Below the pieces are notes generated by a model. It did no database searches, had not been told where the DNA came from, and was given only the letters and a program-made list of their open reading frames with translations. Shown here piece after piece: positions 46,187 to 56,193 of a DNA stretch of 64,000 bases. A program made the translations under genes and the position numbers. Each line of letters opens with the position of its first letter. Positions within the stretch are counted from its first letter, which is position 1. The stretch comes from an uncultured Planctomycetota bacterium (GTDB lineage: Bacteria; Planctomycetota; Planctomycetia; Isosphaerales; Isosphaeraceae), in NCBI GenBank assembly GCA_963823665.1, contig CAWGMQ010000007.1, positions 448,001-512,000 on the forward strand. The letters run 5' to 3'.

Positions 46187-46456
46187 AATGCGCTCCAGAT
46201 GAGGCCCAGCACCTTACAATCCGCCCGGCTCCGCTGGCCGGACGGTATCTAGCTTCGCTGAGCAGAAGGGGCATCGCAAGCAGCTAGGCATCACGCCCGT
46301 GGCCCCACGCGACGCAACGACGCGTCCAGTCGCCTCGCGGTGGAATCGATCGGCTCGAGGGGCGCACGCCTCGCACGGGGGCAGGGCAGGGGCTTGCGCG
46401 CTCGATTTTGGCCTCGGCGGAGCGATCGTTAACCGCCGGCGCTAACGGTCAAAACG

Positions 46457-46510
46457 CTTATCCGTTTCTTATCCGTTTGAGCCCAAATTATCCGCGTTCT
46501 GTGTCCGTTT
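46457..46510. repeat. Direct repeats CTTATCCGTTT (integrase arm-site-like)
   Basis: Tandem at 46457 and 46468, variants at 46488 and 46502; about 100 bp from the att copy. Confidence 0.6.
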
Positions 46511-46602
46511 GCGCGTGATTCTCGACATGGCGAATATTAGGACAAACGTGCTCAGCACACCGGTTACGACATTTATGCTGATATGCCCACTCTTACATCA
46601 GA

Positions 46603-46636
46603 AGCTAAAGGTTACAGGTTCAACTCCTGTCGGGCA
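46603..46636 (+). repeat. att-like duplication of the tRNA-Arg 3' half
   Basis: AGCTAAAGGTTACAGGTTCAACTCCTGTCGGGCA identical to 40052-40085. Confidence 0.92.
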
Positions 46637-46728
46637 CACTAAACAGCGTAAAGACTCACGCAAACCTTCGGTGATGACTGCTACCGAATTTGGTACGGAA
46701 CGCCTCTTCGGAAGGAACCGTTCGACAC

Positions 46729-46962
46729 ATGCTATCGAAACCCGCCGAAGATCTCCTGCGTCGACGACTTGCAAACGAGTGGGTTGACGTTACGGATGAG
46801 ACGCGACCACTGTACCGTGAGTTGGCCGCGGCGGGATTGATGAGCACCCGACATTCGTTTGCAAGCGGAAGGGACGGGTCGTACCGGCTGACAGCGGCGG
46901 CTCTTGAATGGGCTAACGGCTCCGCCAGCCACTTGGCAAGCTACAGTAAGCAGCCAGGATAA
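46729..46962 (+). CDS. Small hypothetical protein, wHTH-like
   Basis: GAAGGA upstream; TDETRPLYRELAAAGLM..YRLT pattern. Confidence 0.5.
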   Translation: MLSKPAEDLLRRRLANEWVDVTDETRPLYRELAAAGLMSTRHSFASGRDGSYRLTAAALEWANGSASHLASYSKQPG

Positions 46963-47104
46963 ATTCCCTCTCCGTTCTGAACCAGTCCGACGTCTCGTCT
47001 CTGGTTGCGTGGCCTCCATCCCTCCCTTCTTCATTCGTGAGATTCGTGTTATTGGTGGTTAAGGGCATTCAAGGCCTCGCCGGCCCACCCGGGGCCTGAT
47101 CTTT

Positions 47105-47608
47105 ATGTGCGGTTACCTCTCAAAAATCGGGGTTTCCTTCGTTCCGCGTCTCAGAATCGGGCATTGGATGGCGGTCGTACTTTGTGTGGGGCTCGCCCTG
47201 CCCGCGCTCAGGAGGATTCTTACCGGAAGCCCCGAACTCGACATCCTCTCGTCGCGGTTTGCATTGATCGGCAAGATTGACGCAAATCGCGACGGCAAGG
47301 ACGACCGCGCCGCGTTCAAACGGGTCATCGAGGCAGCGGGTGGCAGTGTGGACTACGACCTCCCTGCGCCGGAAGTCGGCCAAGAAGTCGGCAAGCTGTC
47401 GCCCCGGATCGATTGGTACGTCGTCGATGATCGAACTTATTGCCCATCGCTATCCGCGCCGATTGACGTTGGCTGGCACCAGTTCGCCAAACGAGTGAGC
47501 GAGCGCATCAAAGAAGCGCGGCTCGACGGGATCAAGCCCATGCCGCTTTCACGCCTGGTGCCGATCGTGCGCACCGCCACGCGCCAAGGTCCGCTGCGCG
47601 GCCGCTGA
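47105..47608 (+). CDS. Membrane-anchored protein with BRCT-like domain
   Basis: PRLRIGHWM leader plus TM; FALIGKID..IEAAGGSVDY..IDWYVVD. Confidence 0.5.
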   Translation: MCGYLSKIGVSFVPRLRIGHWMAVVLCVGLALPALRRILTGSPELDILSSRFALIGKIDANRDGKDDRAAFKRVIEAAGGSVDYDLPAPEVGQEVGKLSPRIDWYVVDDRTYCPSLSAPIDVGWHQFAKRVSERIKEARLDGIKPMPLSRLVPIVRTATRQGPLRGR

Positions 47609-47729
47609 CCTTCGGATCGTGGCCGCGGCGTCTCGCCACTCGGATCGGACATTTTGGCGAGCCGGGAGCCCGCCTCCTTTCTTCTGCGGGTCCACTTGGC
47701 GGTGGTCCGTCCGGTGTACGCACCGCTTT

Positions 47730-47890
47730 GGTCATGTAGGGCACTTCATACACTTGAGCGGGCCGGGCTGGTCACTGTCGCGAGACGGCCGGGCCGCCAT
47801 TCGGTCTTCACATTTCTTGATCCTTCCACGACGGCCGATTGACTGAGTGCGCAAACGATGCCAGCCATTCGCGTACGAACTCGGACGATC
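47730..47890 (+). pseudogene. Module copy A: wHTH 3' remnant plus cargo-gene start
   Basis: RALHTLERAGLVTVARRPGR..; stop ends 47842, ATG 47858 (MPAIRVRT); matches 50470-50622. Confidence 0.7.
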
Positions 47891-48272
47891 GCCCTCCCGG
47901 TCGCGGCGCCGCACCGGCGGTTCGATCGGGCGACCGACGACGTCCTCTCGGCGGTTGGCAGCAACGCTGAAACGCAGATGGCAGCCTCGCCGACGAGGCC
48001 CGAGGCGCTTCGGTCGAGGGACTGAACGGGTTTGGCTCGATTTCCTTGGGCGGCATGGTTTCCCCGAATCTTTGGGGTTCAAGTCACTTCGAGACGATCC
48101 CAGTTTCGCCGAACGACCGGCGGCGGGCAACTCTGGGCCCGCAGCGGACGAAAAAACCCCGGACCTGCGAGCGTCCGGGCCGGTGACTCAAATCCGTCCG
48201 TTGCGCGATATGATGAATGTGCTCAGCACACAGGCTACGGCATTTATGCTGATATGCGCAGTTTATCCTCCT

Positions 48273-48309
48273 GAGCCAAGGGTTAAAGGCTCAATTCCTG
48301 TCGGGCATA
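48273..48309 (+). repeat. Degenerate att-like copy of the tRNA-Arg 3' half
   Basis: 32 of 37 identical to 40051-40087; shares upstream sequence with the 46603 copy. Confidence 0.85.
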
Positions 48310-48444
48310 CCGGATGTTAATCGCGTCAATCGCGCGCCTCGCGAGCCTCTCCGTGCGGCGCGGCCGAAATCCTCCCACCTAGCCGTTGGTCTACCCGGAT
48401 TTCGAGGCTCGACCACGTTCGATCACACTCGAAAGACCCATTCA

Positions 48445-48699
48445 AACTGGTGCCCCCCGGCCTCCCGGCTCCCGGGGAAATCTCTTCAAGTTGCGTCGGT
48501 CTGTTGGCTCTTGGCGGGTTGGAACCGATCGGCCGAGTTCAAGCTGGCGTTGGACGATCGGGCCGAGGTCGGCCTCTCCCGGTTCTAGGCCTCCCAGGGT
48601 TTGGTTACACTGGAACGGGCCAGGTTGATCTCCGTCGCGAGACGGCCCGGCCGGTCTCCGACTCTTAAGGTACTGGACGCTCTAGCGGGACGCGGTTAG
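48445..48699 (+). pseudogene. Module copy B: wHTH-like gene with in-frame stop
   Basis: ASRLPGKSLQVASVCWLLAGWNRSAEF..SRF*..TLERARLISVARRPGRSP; TAG at 48586. Confidence 0.75.
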
Positions 48700-48714
48700 C
48701 TCGAGAGGCCGAGT

Positions 48715-48966
48715 ATGCGGCATTTTCAGTTTCGTATCGTGACGTTCATGCGGTTCGTTGGGTTCGCAGCCGTCGGTTTCGCGGTGGCGCGTCTATTTCT
48801 CACGAGCTTTGAGTCAGGCCTTTCCGCCTCACTTTTCGGCGTATTCGGCCCACTCATTGCGGTTCGGCGTCATCTGCCGAGTCGTTCGCGGTCGCCGGAG
48901 TTACCGTGTCCACCCACAACAACGTTGACGTTAAAACCTGAAAGCGGGGAAGCCGAGAGAGTGTAG
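48715..48966 (+). CDS. Small membrane cargo protein (module B)
   Basis: MRHFQFRIVTFM plus TM; ends SGEAERV; followed 7 nt later by ATG GGG TGG AAA ACC ATC AAC. Confidence 0.6.
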   Translation: MRHFQFRIVTFMRFVGFAAVGFAVARLFLTSFESGLSASLFGVFGPLIAVRRHLPSRSRSPELPCPPTTTLTLKPESGEAERV

Positions 48967-49300
48967 GTTAATAATGGGGTGGAAAACCATCAACGGTCGC
49001 CGCGATTACTACAAATCGGAGCGAGACGGAAACCGAGTAAAACCTTGAGATTTGGTCTGCCCCCCGGTCGTTGGCGTCGGTCGTTGTCCTTGCCAGCAGC
49101 GGTGCGCAACAATCCCGAATCACCGAGATTCTCGCGCCAGGTACTGGGCTGACATCGCTGTCATCAACAAAGTCGAAGAGGTTCCGGACCCTCCGCGGCC
49201 GTGCTACACTCCGGTATATTCTCCGAGAAGACGCACTCGGGCGCGTTCCCCGGTTTCGGAAGCGCCGAAGAGACCGCGTCGTGGATGCGAGAGCCCGAAC

Positions 49301-50389
49301 ATGGACCAAATCAAAGCGGCCGCGGGCGTGCCGAGGAACGAGACCGCCTGGGCCAGTATGGGGCTGACATTCTTTGTGTCGCTGATCGAGCTTTGCCTCG
49401 TGAAACTCGCCTGGGCGGTTCTCGGCCTGCCCAGCTTCGACGCCGGCAAAGGCTTCCTCGACCTCTGGATCGGGAATATTATCGTCGCGCCGCTTCTTGG
49501 CACCCGCTTTTACAGGTCACGCGAAGTGGCTCGAAGCGCCCGCATCGCATCTCCGGGTGAGTTTTTGATCGTAACCACGGCGATCGCGTCGCTCCTCACT
49601 TTATCGGGGTCGACGCTATTGTCGCTCATTTTTGCCGCCGGAATCCGGGTCGACCCGCTTCCTGCGCAATTTGTGATAGGTTTCGTAGCTGGCGTGAGCC
49701 TGTTCGTCGCCTTTATTCTGGGCGACCGGTTCTTCCTCGCATGCGGCAAATCTTTGAGTGGAAGCTCCGTCGTGACATGGGATCGTTTGATCGCCGAGGA
49801 GGAACGCTTCGTCGCGCCGAGCTTGGCGGTCGAGTACGGGTACGATCGCCAGAGTCTCCTTGTCACATCGCTTCTCTGCCATCTCTTCTGTCTGGTCGTG
49901 ATGTTTCTTCTCTTTCTGGCTCGCCCGGGTATGTTCGGTTTTTTTCTGGCTGGCGCAATGATCGTCGCCTCCGAAATATCGGGTTTCTGGTGGTTGAGCC
50001 GCGAGGGAAGTATCATGCGCGTCGATCATGGAGGAGTGTTCGGTTATCCAACGGGACTCCCCTTCACCAGAAAGCTGGTTCCCTGGTCCGAAATCGCATC
50101 CTGCGACTTGATCACCCTCTATGACCCGTCCGGCCGCGTGGTCTGTTTCGTCCCGGTTTTCAAGAATCAGGCCAGCGAGGCACTCTTGAAATTGAACCTG
50201 GCCCAGGTGCCGCTGATCGACCAGGAGCGCATCGTGCGATACATCAAGATGAAGCTGCCCGTACCGCGGGCGGCCATCGATGACGCAGTCGGGATCGCCA
50301 AGAAAATCGCTACCAAAGACGCCGGGCTTGACCGCGGAGGCAGAGTTCTTCGCCGGTCCGAGAAGTCGGAGCTGTCTGTTGGCTCTTAA
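49301..50389 (+). CDS. Multi-TM membrane protein with PH-like C-terminal domain
   Basis: About six hydrophobic segments, then RVDHGGV..LVPWSEI. Confidence 0.6.
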   Translation: MDQIKAAAGVPRNETAWASMGLTFFVSLIELCLVKLAWAVLGLPSFDAGKGFLDLWIGNIIVAPLLGTRFYRSREVARSARIASPGEFLIVTTAIASLLTLSGSTLLSLIFAAGIRVDPLPAQFVIGFVAGVSLFVAFILGDRFFLACGKSLSGSSVVTWDRLIAEEERFVAPSLAVEYGYDRQSLLVTSLLCHLFCLVVMFLLFLARPGMFGFFLAGAMIVASEISGFWWLSREGSIMRVDHGGVFGYPTGLPFTRKLVPWSEIASCDLITLYDPSGRVVCFVPVFKNQASEALLKLNLAQVPLIDQERIVRYIKMKLPVPRAAIDDAVGIAKKIATKDAGLDRGGRVLRRSEKSELSVGS

Positions 50390-50574
50390 CGGGTTGGAGC
50401 CGATCGGCCGAGTTCGAGCCGGCGCTGGACGATTGAACGGAGTTCGGCCCCTCCCGGTTCTCGGCCTCCCGTGGGTCGGATACATTGGAGCGGGCCGGGT
50501 TGGTTTCTGTTGTGAGACGGCCGGGGCGGCCTCCGGTCGTCAGAATCCTTGACGCTTCGGCGAGAGCCGATTGA
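50362..50574 (+). pseudogene. Module copy C: wHTH-like gene with in-frame stop
   Basis: VGAVCWLLTGWSRSAEF..DD*..SRFSASRG.DTLERAGLVSVVRRPGRPP; TGA at 50434. Confidence 0.75.
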
Positions 50575-50589
50575 CTGAGTACGCAAACG

Positions 50590-51165
50590 ATGCCAGTCAT
50601 TCGCATACGAACCCGGATGATCATACTCGCGATCGCGTTGATTGTCGGTGCCACAGCCTGCTGTTACCTGGACCCCCACGAGGATCCGGTTTTCTTGAGC
50701 GTCATATGCGGCACATTGATCGCTTGCGCGCTCGTCCTGTCGGTGGTCTGTGGAGTTAGCTGCCTTGCCCTCGCCGCACCGTTTCTGAAGAAACTCCGAC
50801 GTTTACATCCGGAATCCAGCGTCGGACCGGGCCGCTTCCGGATTCGGACAATCATGCTCGTCATCGCTGTGATTGCCATTCTGATCGGGTTGCTCCGAGA
50901 CTCGATTGTTGCAACTCGCATCGCGCAGTGTTGGGTCGAGAACGATGGCTGGGATTTTTGGTTCGTAACTGACTCGGTCGAGACTGTCTCCCCTTCCCAC
51001 GTGCGTTCGTATACGGTTCACGATCTCCACAAAACTCACGTCCCCCTGCTCCAAATCGTTGCTACAGCGAGTGCGCTGATGGCTCTGGTGCGCTTCTATC
51101 ACAGAAAGCGAATGCGCCGAGCGCGGGAAGAAATCGAGTCGGAGGATGCGGCCGTGGCGGAATAG
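50590..51165 (+). CDS. Membrane cargo protein (module C) with two leader motifs
   Basis: MPVIRIRTRM and internal RFRIRTIM; C-terminus runs into the repeat shared with 56620. Confidence 0.65.
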   Translation: MPVIRIRTRMIILAIALIVGATACCYLDPHEDPVFLSVICGTLIACALVLSVVCGVSCLALAAPFLKKLRRLHPESSVGPGRFRIRTIMLVIAVIAILIGLLRDSIVATRIAQCWVENDGWDFWFVTDSVETVSPSHVRSYTVHDLHKTHVPLLQIVATASALMALVRFYHRKRMRRAREEIESEDAAVAE

Positions 51166-51373
51166 TTCGACGAGGTCCGGGCCCGCAGCCGCATGGCGAT
51201 CGCAAAGACGGACGACGCTCTAGCCGACTCGCGCACGCGGCCCCGTCTCCGGTCCGTCGTGTCGCCATCGACGCTTCATGGGCTGTTCAGCCCGTCCCCG
51301 GACCGAACCGAGCAGATAGATACTCATATCAGCCTTACCTTTGCGTCTTCTCGCCTTTGCGTGAGCCCCTCTC
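51123..51373 (+). repeat. About 250-bp dispersed repeat (partner 56620-56871)
   Basis: GCGGGAAGAAATCGAGTCGGAGGAT..GACTCGCGCACGCGGCCCCGTCTCCGGTCCGTCG.. in both copies. Confidence 0.9.
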
Positions 51374-51451
51374 CGCCGTATCCCGTGCCGGTCTCCATAC
51401 GTTACGATCCTGGGTGCGACGGTGGGAAACCCTTGATGTCAGAGGCCGAAG

Positions 51452-51796
51452 ATGCCGCGAATTCAATTCCGAGTTCGGACGATCATGCTCGCCGCCTTGT
51501 TCGCGGCGTTCTTTATGGGGATCTTGATGGCTGTGCTGCGCTCACCACTTGGGGAGAACCCATTTCACGATACATACCCCGAGTTTTTAATGATATTGAT
51601 CCAAATTTTCTTTTTTCCGATCATCGCCTTTCTCGCTTTTCTCGCCACGGTGGCGTTGGTGTGGGCCGTTCAATTCGCGGTATCCCGGAACATATTCCGA
51701 TCGTTACGACGGCAAGGAAGCCGACGATCGAGAATGGCTGGCGGACCAGACCCCCGTGCCGACGTGGATCGAAGCGGGGATTTGAAGAAAGTGTAG
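51452..51796 (+). CDS. Small membrane cargo protein
   Basis: MPRIQFRVRTIM plus two TMs; ends SGDLKKV; followed 7 nt later by ATG GGA TGA remnant. Confidence 0.7.
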   Translation: MPRIQFRVRTIMLAALFAAFFMGILMAVLRSPLGENPFHDTYPEFLMILIQIFFFPIIAFLAFLATVALVWAVQFAVSRNIFRSLRRQGSRRSRMAGGPDPRADVDRSGDLKKV

Positions 51797-51887
51797 GTTA
51801 AGAATGGGATGATCGCTCCCATACTCCGGCCCTGAGTTGAGAGGCCATGCCTCGGCCGTTTCGCGAGGCGATTCGTGTCCCTCATCC

Positions 51888-52361
51888 TCAACCTCCCTTG
51901 GTTTGGGCCTTCTTCAAGATCGCGATCTGACCTGCGTGATACAGAGCATGTTGGGCGACGCCGTGGAGCATGGCATACACAGAATACCCCTTGCTCGGCA
52001 CCTCCTCCTCCAGCCGTTCGGGCGCGACCGTCGCCACCATTTCGAGCAACCGTTGATGAGTTCGTTTGAGCTGCTCCACGGCCTGAGTCCAGGCATCCGG
52101 CGTCGGCTCGGGTGCCGGGGGCCAGTCCTGGTCGGGAGGCAACTCCACGATCACCTCACCCAAGAGCCGGCGACGGACGACATCGTGATCGGTCCCGATA
52201 TGCAGCACGTTCTCCCAGATGCTATGGGCCCCCGGGACGGGTTTCGCAACGGCTTGCTCCGGCGCGACGCCGGCCAGGATTTCGAGAACCGATGGCCCCG
52301 ACCAGGCGTTGCCCTCGAAGGCCCTCCGAAGCTGATCGACGATCCGTTCGATTTCGTTCAC
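51888..52361 (-). CDS. DinB-family protein
   Basis: AFEGNAWSGPS, HSIWENVLHI, QHALYHAGQI; GAGGA RBS before GTG 52361. Confidence 0.88.
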   Translation of the reverse strand: MNEIERIVDQLRRAFEGNAWSGPSVLEILAGVAPEQAVAKPVPGAHSIWENVLHIGTDHDVVRRRLLGEVIVELPPDQDWPPAPEPTPDAWTQAVEQLKRTHQRLLEMVATVAPERLEEEVPSKGYSVYAMLHGVAQHALYHAGQIAILKKAQTKGG

Positions 52362-52769
52362 TCTGGACACTCCTCTCGCCCTCGGCAGGCGAAGTACGAC
52401 GAGTGCTGCATGAGGTGAATAGCGACACTCCGAATTCTCCGTCCGGCCACCATTCTTGCGCCGAGGATGCACTGATCCGCTTGATGATCGCATCATACAA
52501 AACCATAATCCCGATCGCGATGCCGAGGGCCAGCACCTAGCCTTAGACCGCAATCGGCCGTGCGCACGAGATTAGATACAAATTCCCGATGTTGCGGCTA
52601 CAACCTCGACGAACTCCCGACGTGATCGCCAAGCGGCCTGGAATCGCGCCTGTCGCATCGCCAGGCGTCGGGACGTGGGATCGATCGACCGTCCTTCGAC
52701 GAACCACGTGCGAGGCGTTATGATGAATCGAGCGAACAGGCATCGGCCCTCCGCGCGGAGGAGGCCAGC

Positions 52770-53726
52770 ATGAACGATCAAGCCAAACCCATCTCCCGTC
52801 CCTGGCGACGATTCCTGCGCTTCAGCGTCCGGGGGATGATTGTCCTTGTGCTTGTAATCGGGATCGGGTTGGGCTGGCTGGTTCGAACGATCCGAAGTGC
52901 ACGAATCCAGCGTGACGCGGTGGCGACGATCACGAGAGCCCGAGGCCGCGTCGAATATGACTGGCAATGGAGCAACGGGGCATACCTTCGAGGACGTAAT
53001 CCTTGGGCGCCATGGTGGCTCGTGGATCTCATCGGAGTCGACTATTTCGGTCACGTCACCGAAGTCAGGCTGCCTCCGTCCTTGAATGCTACTGATGCAA
53101 CGCTCGCAGCGGTCGGGCGTCTCACCCGACTCGAACAACTGGTCCTTACCGGATCGTCAATTGACGACGCCGGGCTGGACCATCTGAAGGGGCTGAGCAA
53201 ACTCTCCTCCCTCAACCTCGGCTTCACGCAGGTCACCGATGCGGGGGCGGCGCATCTGAAAGGGCTGGCCAACCTGTCGCAACTCTGGCTCAACGGCAAC
53301 GAGATCACCGATGCAGGACTGGCGCATCTGAAGGAGTTGAAAAACCTGAAAGACCTCTACCTCAACAACGCGCCCATCACCGACGCTGGGCTGGCGCATC
53401 TGACGGGACTCAGCAATTTGTCCGAACTCGGCCTTTACCGCACGCACCTCACCGACGCCGGGCTGGCTCATCTAACGGGTCTAACTAACCTTTCGATACT
53501 CGACCTCAACCGCACGCGGGTAAGCGATGCCGGACTGGCGCATCTGAAGGGCCTGACCAAGCTCAATACGCTTCGCCTCGACGGCACTCACGTGACCGAT
53601 GCCGGGCTGGAGAATCTGACCGGCCTGACGAGCCTCTCGGAACTGAATCTCGCAGACACTCGGGTGACCGAAACTGGAATGATGGACTTGAAGCAGGCTC
53701 TTCCGAGGCTGAGGATTGACCATTGA
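52770..53726 (+). CDS. Membrane-anchored leucine-rich-repeat protein
   Basis: RFSVRGM leader plus TM; 24-aa repeats LxxLxLxxxxxTDAGLxHL. Confidence 0.92.
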   Translation: MNDQAKPISRPWRRFLRFSVRGMIVLVLVIGIGLGWLVRTIRSARIQRDAVATITRARGRVEYDWQWSNGAYLRGRNPWAPWWLVDLIGVDYFGHVTEVRLPPSLNATDATLAAVGRLTRLEQLVLTGSSIDDAGLDHLKGLSKLSSLNLGFTQVTDAGAAHLKGLANLSQLWLNGNEITDAGLAHLKELKNLKDLYLNNAPITDAGLAHLTGLSNLSELGLYRTHLTDAGLAHLTGLTNLSILDLNRTRVSDAGLAHLKGLTKLNTLRLDGTHVTDAGLENLTGLTSLSELNLADTRVTETGMMDLKQALPRLRIDH

Positions 53727-53804
53727 TTTCATGCCCATCCAACCGGCCTAGAATCCTCCCTGTCGCAACACCAGGGGGCGGGTGGAATCCAGAGCGCTCG
53801 ATTG

Positions 53805-54194
53805 ATGTCTCCGGAGCGCCTCATGCCGCGTGTTCGGTTGCATACTTGGATGATCATGGTCGTCAGCGCGGTGGTCGCCGTGTTGATGATCCTCGTGCGG
53901 ATCATGGTCTCCGTCGATCCCCGGCGGTTGGACGCTGCAGTCGACTTGGCGATCGGGATCGTTTTGTTCTCGATCGTGTATTTCACACCTTTCATTGGCT
54001 TGACGATTGCGCTCCGGTCGTCCACCGGGAGACCTGGAGTGGCCGCTCCCGTCGGCAACCGAGAGAAGACGCATGTCGTCAAGATGCGCCAACCGAATGA
54101 AAACCTGGCCCCCCATGCGTGTCTTCCCCTGGCCTTCTTTGGTAAACTGGAACGGCTGGTCGAGAAACGAGAATCTTCGGGCGATCCGAGCTGA
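53805..54194 (+). CDS. Small two-TM membrane protein
   Basis: MPRVRLHTWMIM leader and two hydrophobic segments. Confidence 0.55.
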   Translation: MSPERLMPRVRLHTWMIMVVSAVVAVLMILVRIMVSVDPRRLDAAVDLAIGIVLFSIVYFTPFIGLTIALRSSTGRPGVAAPVGNREKTHVVKMRQPNENLAPHACLPLAFFGKLERLVEKRESSGDPS

Positions 54195-54202
54195 GCCGCA
54201 CC

Positions 54203-55060
54203 ATGCGACGGCCGCGTCTCCGATTCACCATTGGTTCCCTGATGATCGGGACGGCAGTCTTGGGCGTCCTGTTCTGGGTCATCTTCGGCCTCTTGCGGGA
54301 TGGAAGGGAGTGGTTCAGAAACTTTCCCGTAACTCTGGTCTTCACCGAAGGGCGCGGCAAGGACCAGAAGTCACGGATGATCCTCGAGAAGCTCGAGGAG
54401 CCCGTCGCCATGTCCTTTGCGGAAGAAACTCCGCTCGAAGACCTTCTCAAATACGTCCATCAGGTGACCACGAGTCGCACGAATCAGGGCATCCCAATTT
54501 ACGTCGATCCCATCGGCCTGCAAGAAGCGGAGAAGTCGATGACCTCGACCGTGCGCAACATGGAACTCGACGGCGTGCCGCTGCGCCGGACCTTGCAACT
54601 GCTGTTGAAGCAGCTCGACCTGGCCTACTTTGTCGAGGACGGGGTCCTTTGCATCACTTCGCTAAAGTCGATGGGCCGTTTCGACCCGACAATGCATGAA
54701 CCATCGCCGACCATGGAAAGGGTCAAGAAGGCAGAACGAGGGGAACTCTCGCCTACCGAGATGAAAGACCTTATCGAGCTTCTCAAATCACAGGCGGAAG
54801 CCAGAAGGCTGGCCGTGGCCGCGGCAGAGGAACCCTTCGACCCAAGCGTGGGGGCCGACGCCCTCGTTTCGCCAGGCGCCGCGCGGGCGGAAAAGCCGCC
54901 GGAACGCAATCCGTCCGGTGAAAAGATAGAGCCCGAAGTGGCAAGGCCCGATCGCGAACAGATGAGCCTCCTCCTGAGTGAACTGCGGGAACTGATCAAG
55001 GTTTTGAGGTCCAAAGAGCAGCCGAAGAACGCGCCCGGCGAGAAGGAGCCGGTTCGTTAA
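54203..55060 (+). CDS. Membrane-anchored protein with STN/secretin-N-like domain
   Basis: PRLRFTIGSLM leader; TPLEDLLKYV..IPIYVDPIGL..GVPLRRTLQLLLKQLDLAY. Confidence 0.75.
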   Translation: MRRPRLRFTIGSLMIGTAVLGVLFWVIFGLLRDGREWFRNFPVTLVFTEGRGKDQKSRMILEKLEEPVAMSFAEETPLEDLLKYVHQVTTSRTNQGIPIYVDPIGLQEAEKSMTSTVRNMELDGVPLRRTLQLLLKQLDLAYFVEDGVLCITSLKSMGRFDPTMHEPSPTMERVKKAERGELSPTEMKDLIELLKSQAEARRLAVAAAEEPFDPSVGADALVSPGAARAEKPPERNPSGEKIEPEVARPDREQMSLLLSELRELIKVLRSKEQPKNAPGEKEPVR

Positions 55061-55206
55061 CGACTCGCGCCCGCCGGTTGGATCACAACCCGTTTGCTCC
55101 ATCGCGCAACCACGAAGCGCCAAGAGACACCGAGCGTGAGAGTTGCACTCCGGCCTGACTGGTGGTCGAGCTGACCTGGTCTTCGGGCCGAGGATTAGAG
55201 AACGAC

Positions 55207-55749
55207 TCAAACTAACCACGTGATGGCTAACCACGCGACGGCTAACCACGCGAGCAGCGTCGGGATGAATCCGGTAACAGGGAGGATCACCGAGCGCTTT
55301 CGGCCGCGGTATGCGACTTTCACGCCAGCAGCACCCACAACTGTTCCGGCTATCAGTATTTCGAAAAACATCGACGAAGGAAGGATTGCCGTGCGCTGTT
55401 TCACCACGCGGTGTCCCCATGCATCTATTGCTTCAACGGCATATCTGTCGATGTCGTAAAGGCCCTGATATCCAAAACGTTCGCCCTTGCCCCAGGTCGC
55501 GAGAAGGAAGATCGCGCCCCAACCGATCAGATAAGCGATAACACCGCATGACCCAGCGATGGATCTGCGGTACTTGCGTACCCAAGAAACAAATATGCCT
55601 GCCTCGTTCTCGAGCCAGGACAGTGGTCGCTCCGACAGGGATGTCTGGGAGTTGTCCAGTTGAGCGTCAGGCCTTTTGTGAGCAAGCCGCATCGCTAACT
55701 CCTCGGACCGAAAAGCCTCCGTGGTTAGGTTCCCCTTATCGTCCATCAT
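55207..55749 (-). CDS. Hypothetical membrane protein
   Basis: Three hydrophobic segments; start codon uncertain. Confidence 0.5.
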   Translation of the reverse strand: MMDDKGNLTTEAFRSEELAMRLAHKRPDAQLDNSQTSLSERPLSWLENEAGIFVSWVRKYRRSIAGSCGVIAYLIGWGAIFLLATWGKGERFGYQGLYDIDRYAVEAIDAWGHRVVKQRTAILPSSMFFEILIAGTVVGAAGVKVAYRGRKRSVILPVTGFIPTLLAWLAVAWLAITWLV

Positions 55750-55846
55750 CGGGCCCGTCGGTTCAAGCGGGGAGTTGAGGGCTCAAAAGTGACGGAGCGA
55801 GTCCGGCGAATCGATTTGTCGATAACCTTGATATGTCAGCCGAGTA

Positions 55847-56178
55847 GTGGCGGCCTCCGTCCTGGCTCACCCGAACCCGGTGGCCGGGCCGAAGCGCCGG
55901 CCGTTGTACGGGCCGATCTCTTGGAGTTGGTGGCTCCCGGCCTCTCGGCTCCCGGGGAAGATCCTCCAAGTCGGGGCCGTCTGTTGGCTCTTGGCGGGTT
56001 GGAATCGATCGGCGGAGTTCGAGCTGGCGTTGCATGATCGGGCCGAGTTCGGCTTCTCTCGGTTCTCGGCCTCCCGTCGCCTTGATACACTAGAGCGGGC
56101 CGGATTGGTCGTACCGTCCGACGGCAGGGCCGATGTCTGATCGTGACGATTCTGGAAGTTACGGTAGGAATCGGTTGA
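55847..56178 (+). pseudogene. Module copy D: most complete wHTH-like gene (shift near 56110)
   Basis: LYGPISWSWWLPASRLPGKILQVGAVCWLLAGW..SRFSASRRLDTLERAGLV; second frame RRQGRCLIVTILE ends at 56178. Confidence 0.75.
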
Positions 56179-56193
56179 ACGGGGTGTCCGACG

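Larger units (their letters stand above)
40088..48309. mobile_element. Two tandem tRNA-Arg-anchored island remnants (40088-46636 and 46637-48309), no integrase seen
   Basis: tRNA 3'-half repeated at 46603-46636 (34 bp identical) and 48273-48309 (32/37); accessory and pseudogene cargo. Confidence 0.75.

Noticed and set aside
44951..46434. 13-bp inverted repeat GGTTAACGATCGC / GCGATCGTTAACC as IS ends
   Set aside because: No transposase and no target duplication; a match this short can arise by chance.
46590..48309. Extra tRNA genes at 46603 and 48273
   Set aside because: Only the 3' half is present; no 5' acceptor strand, D arm or anticodon.
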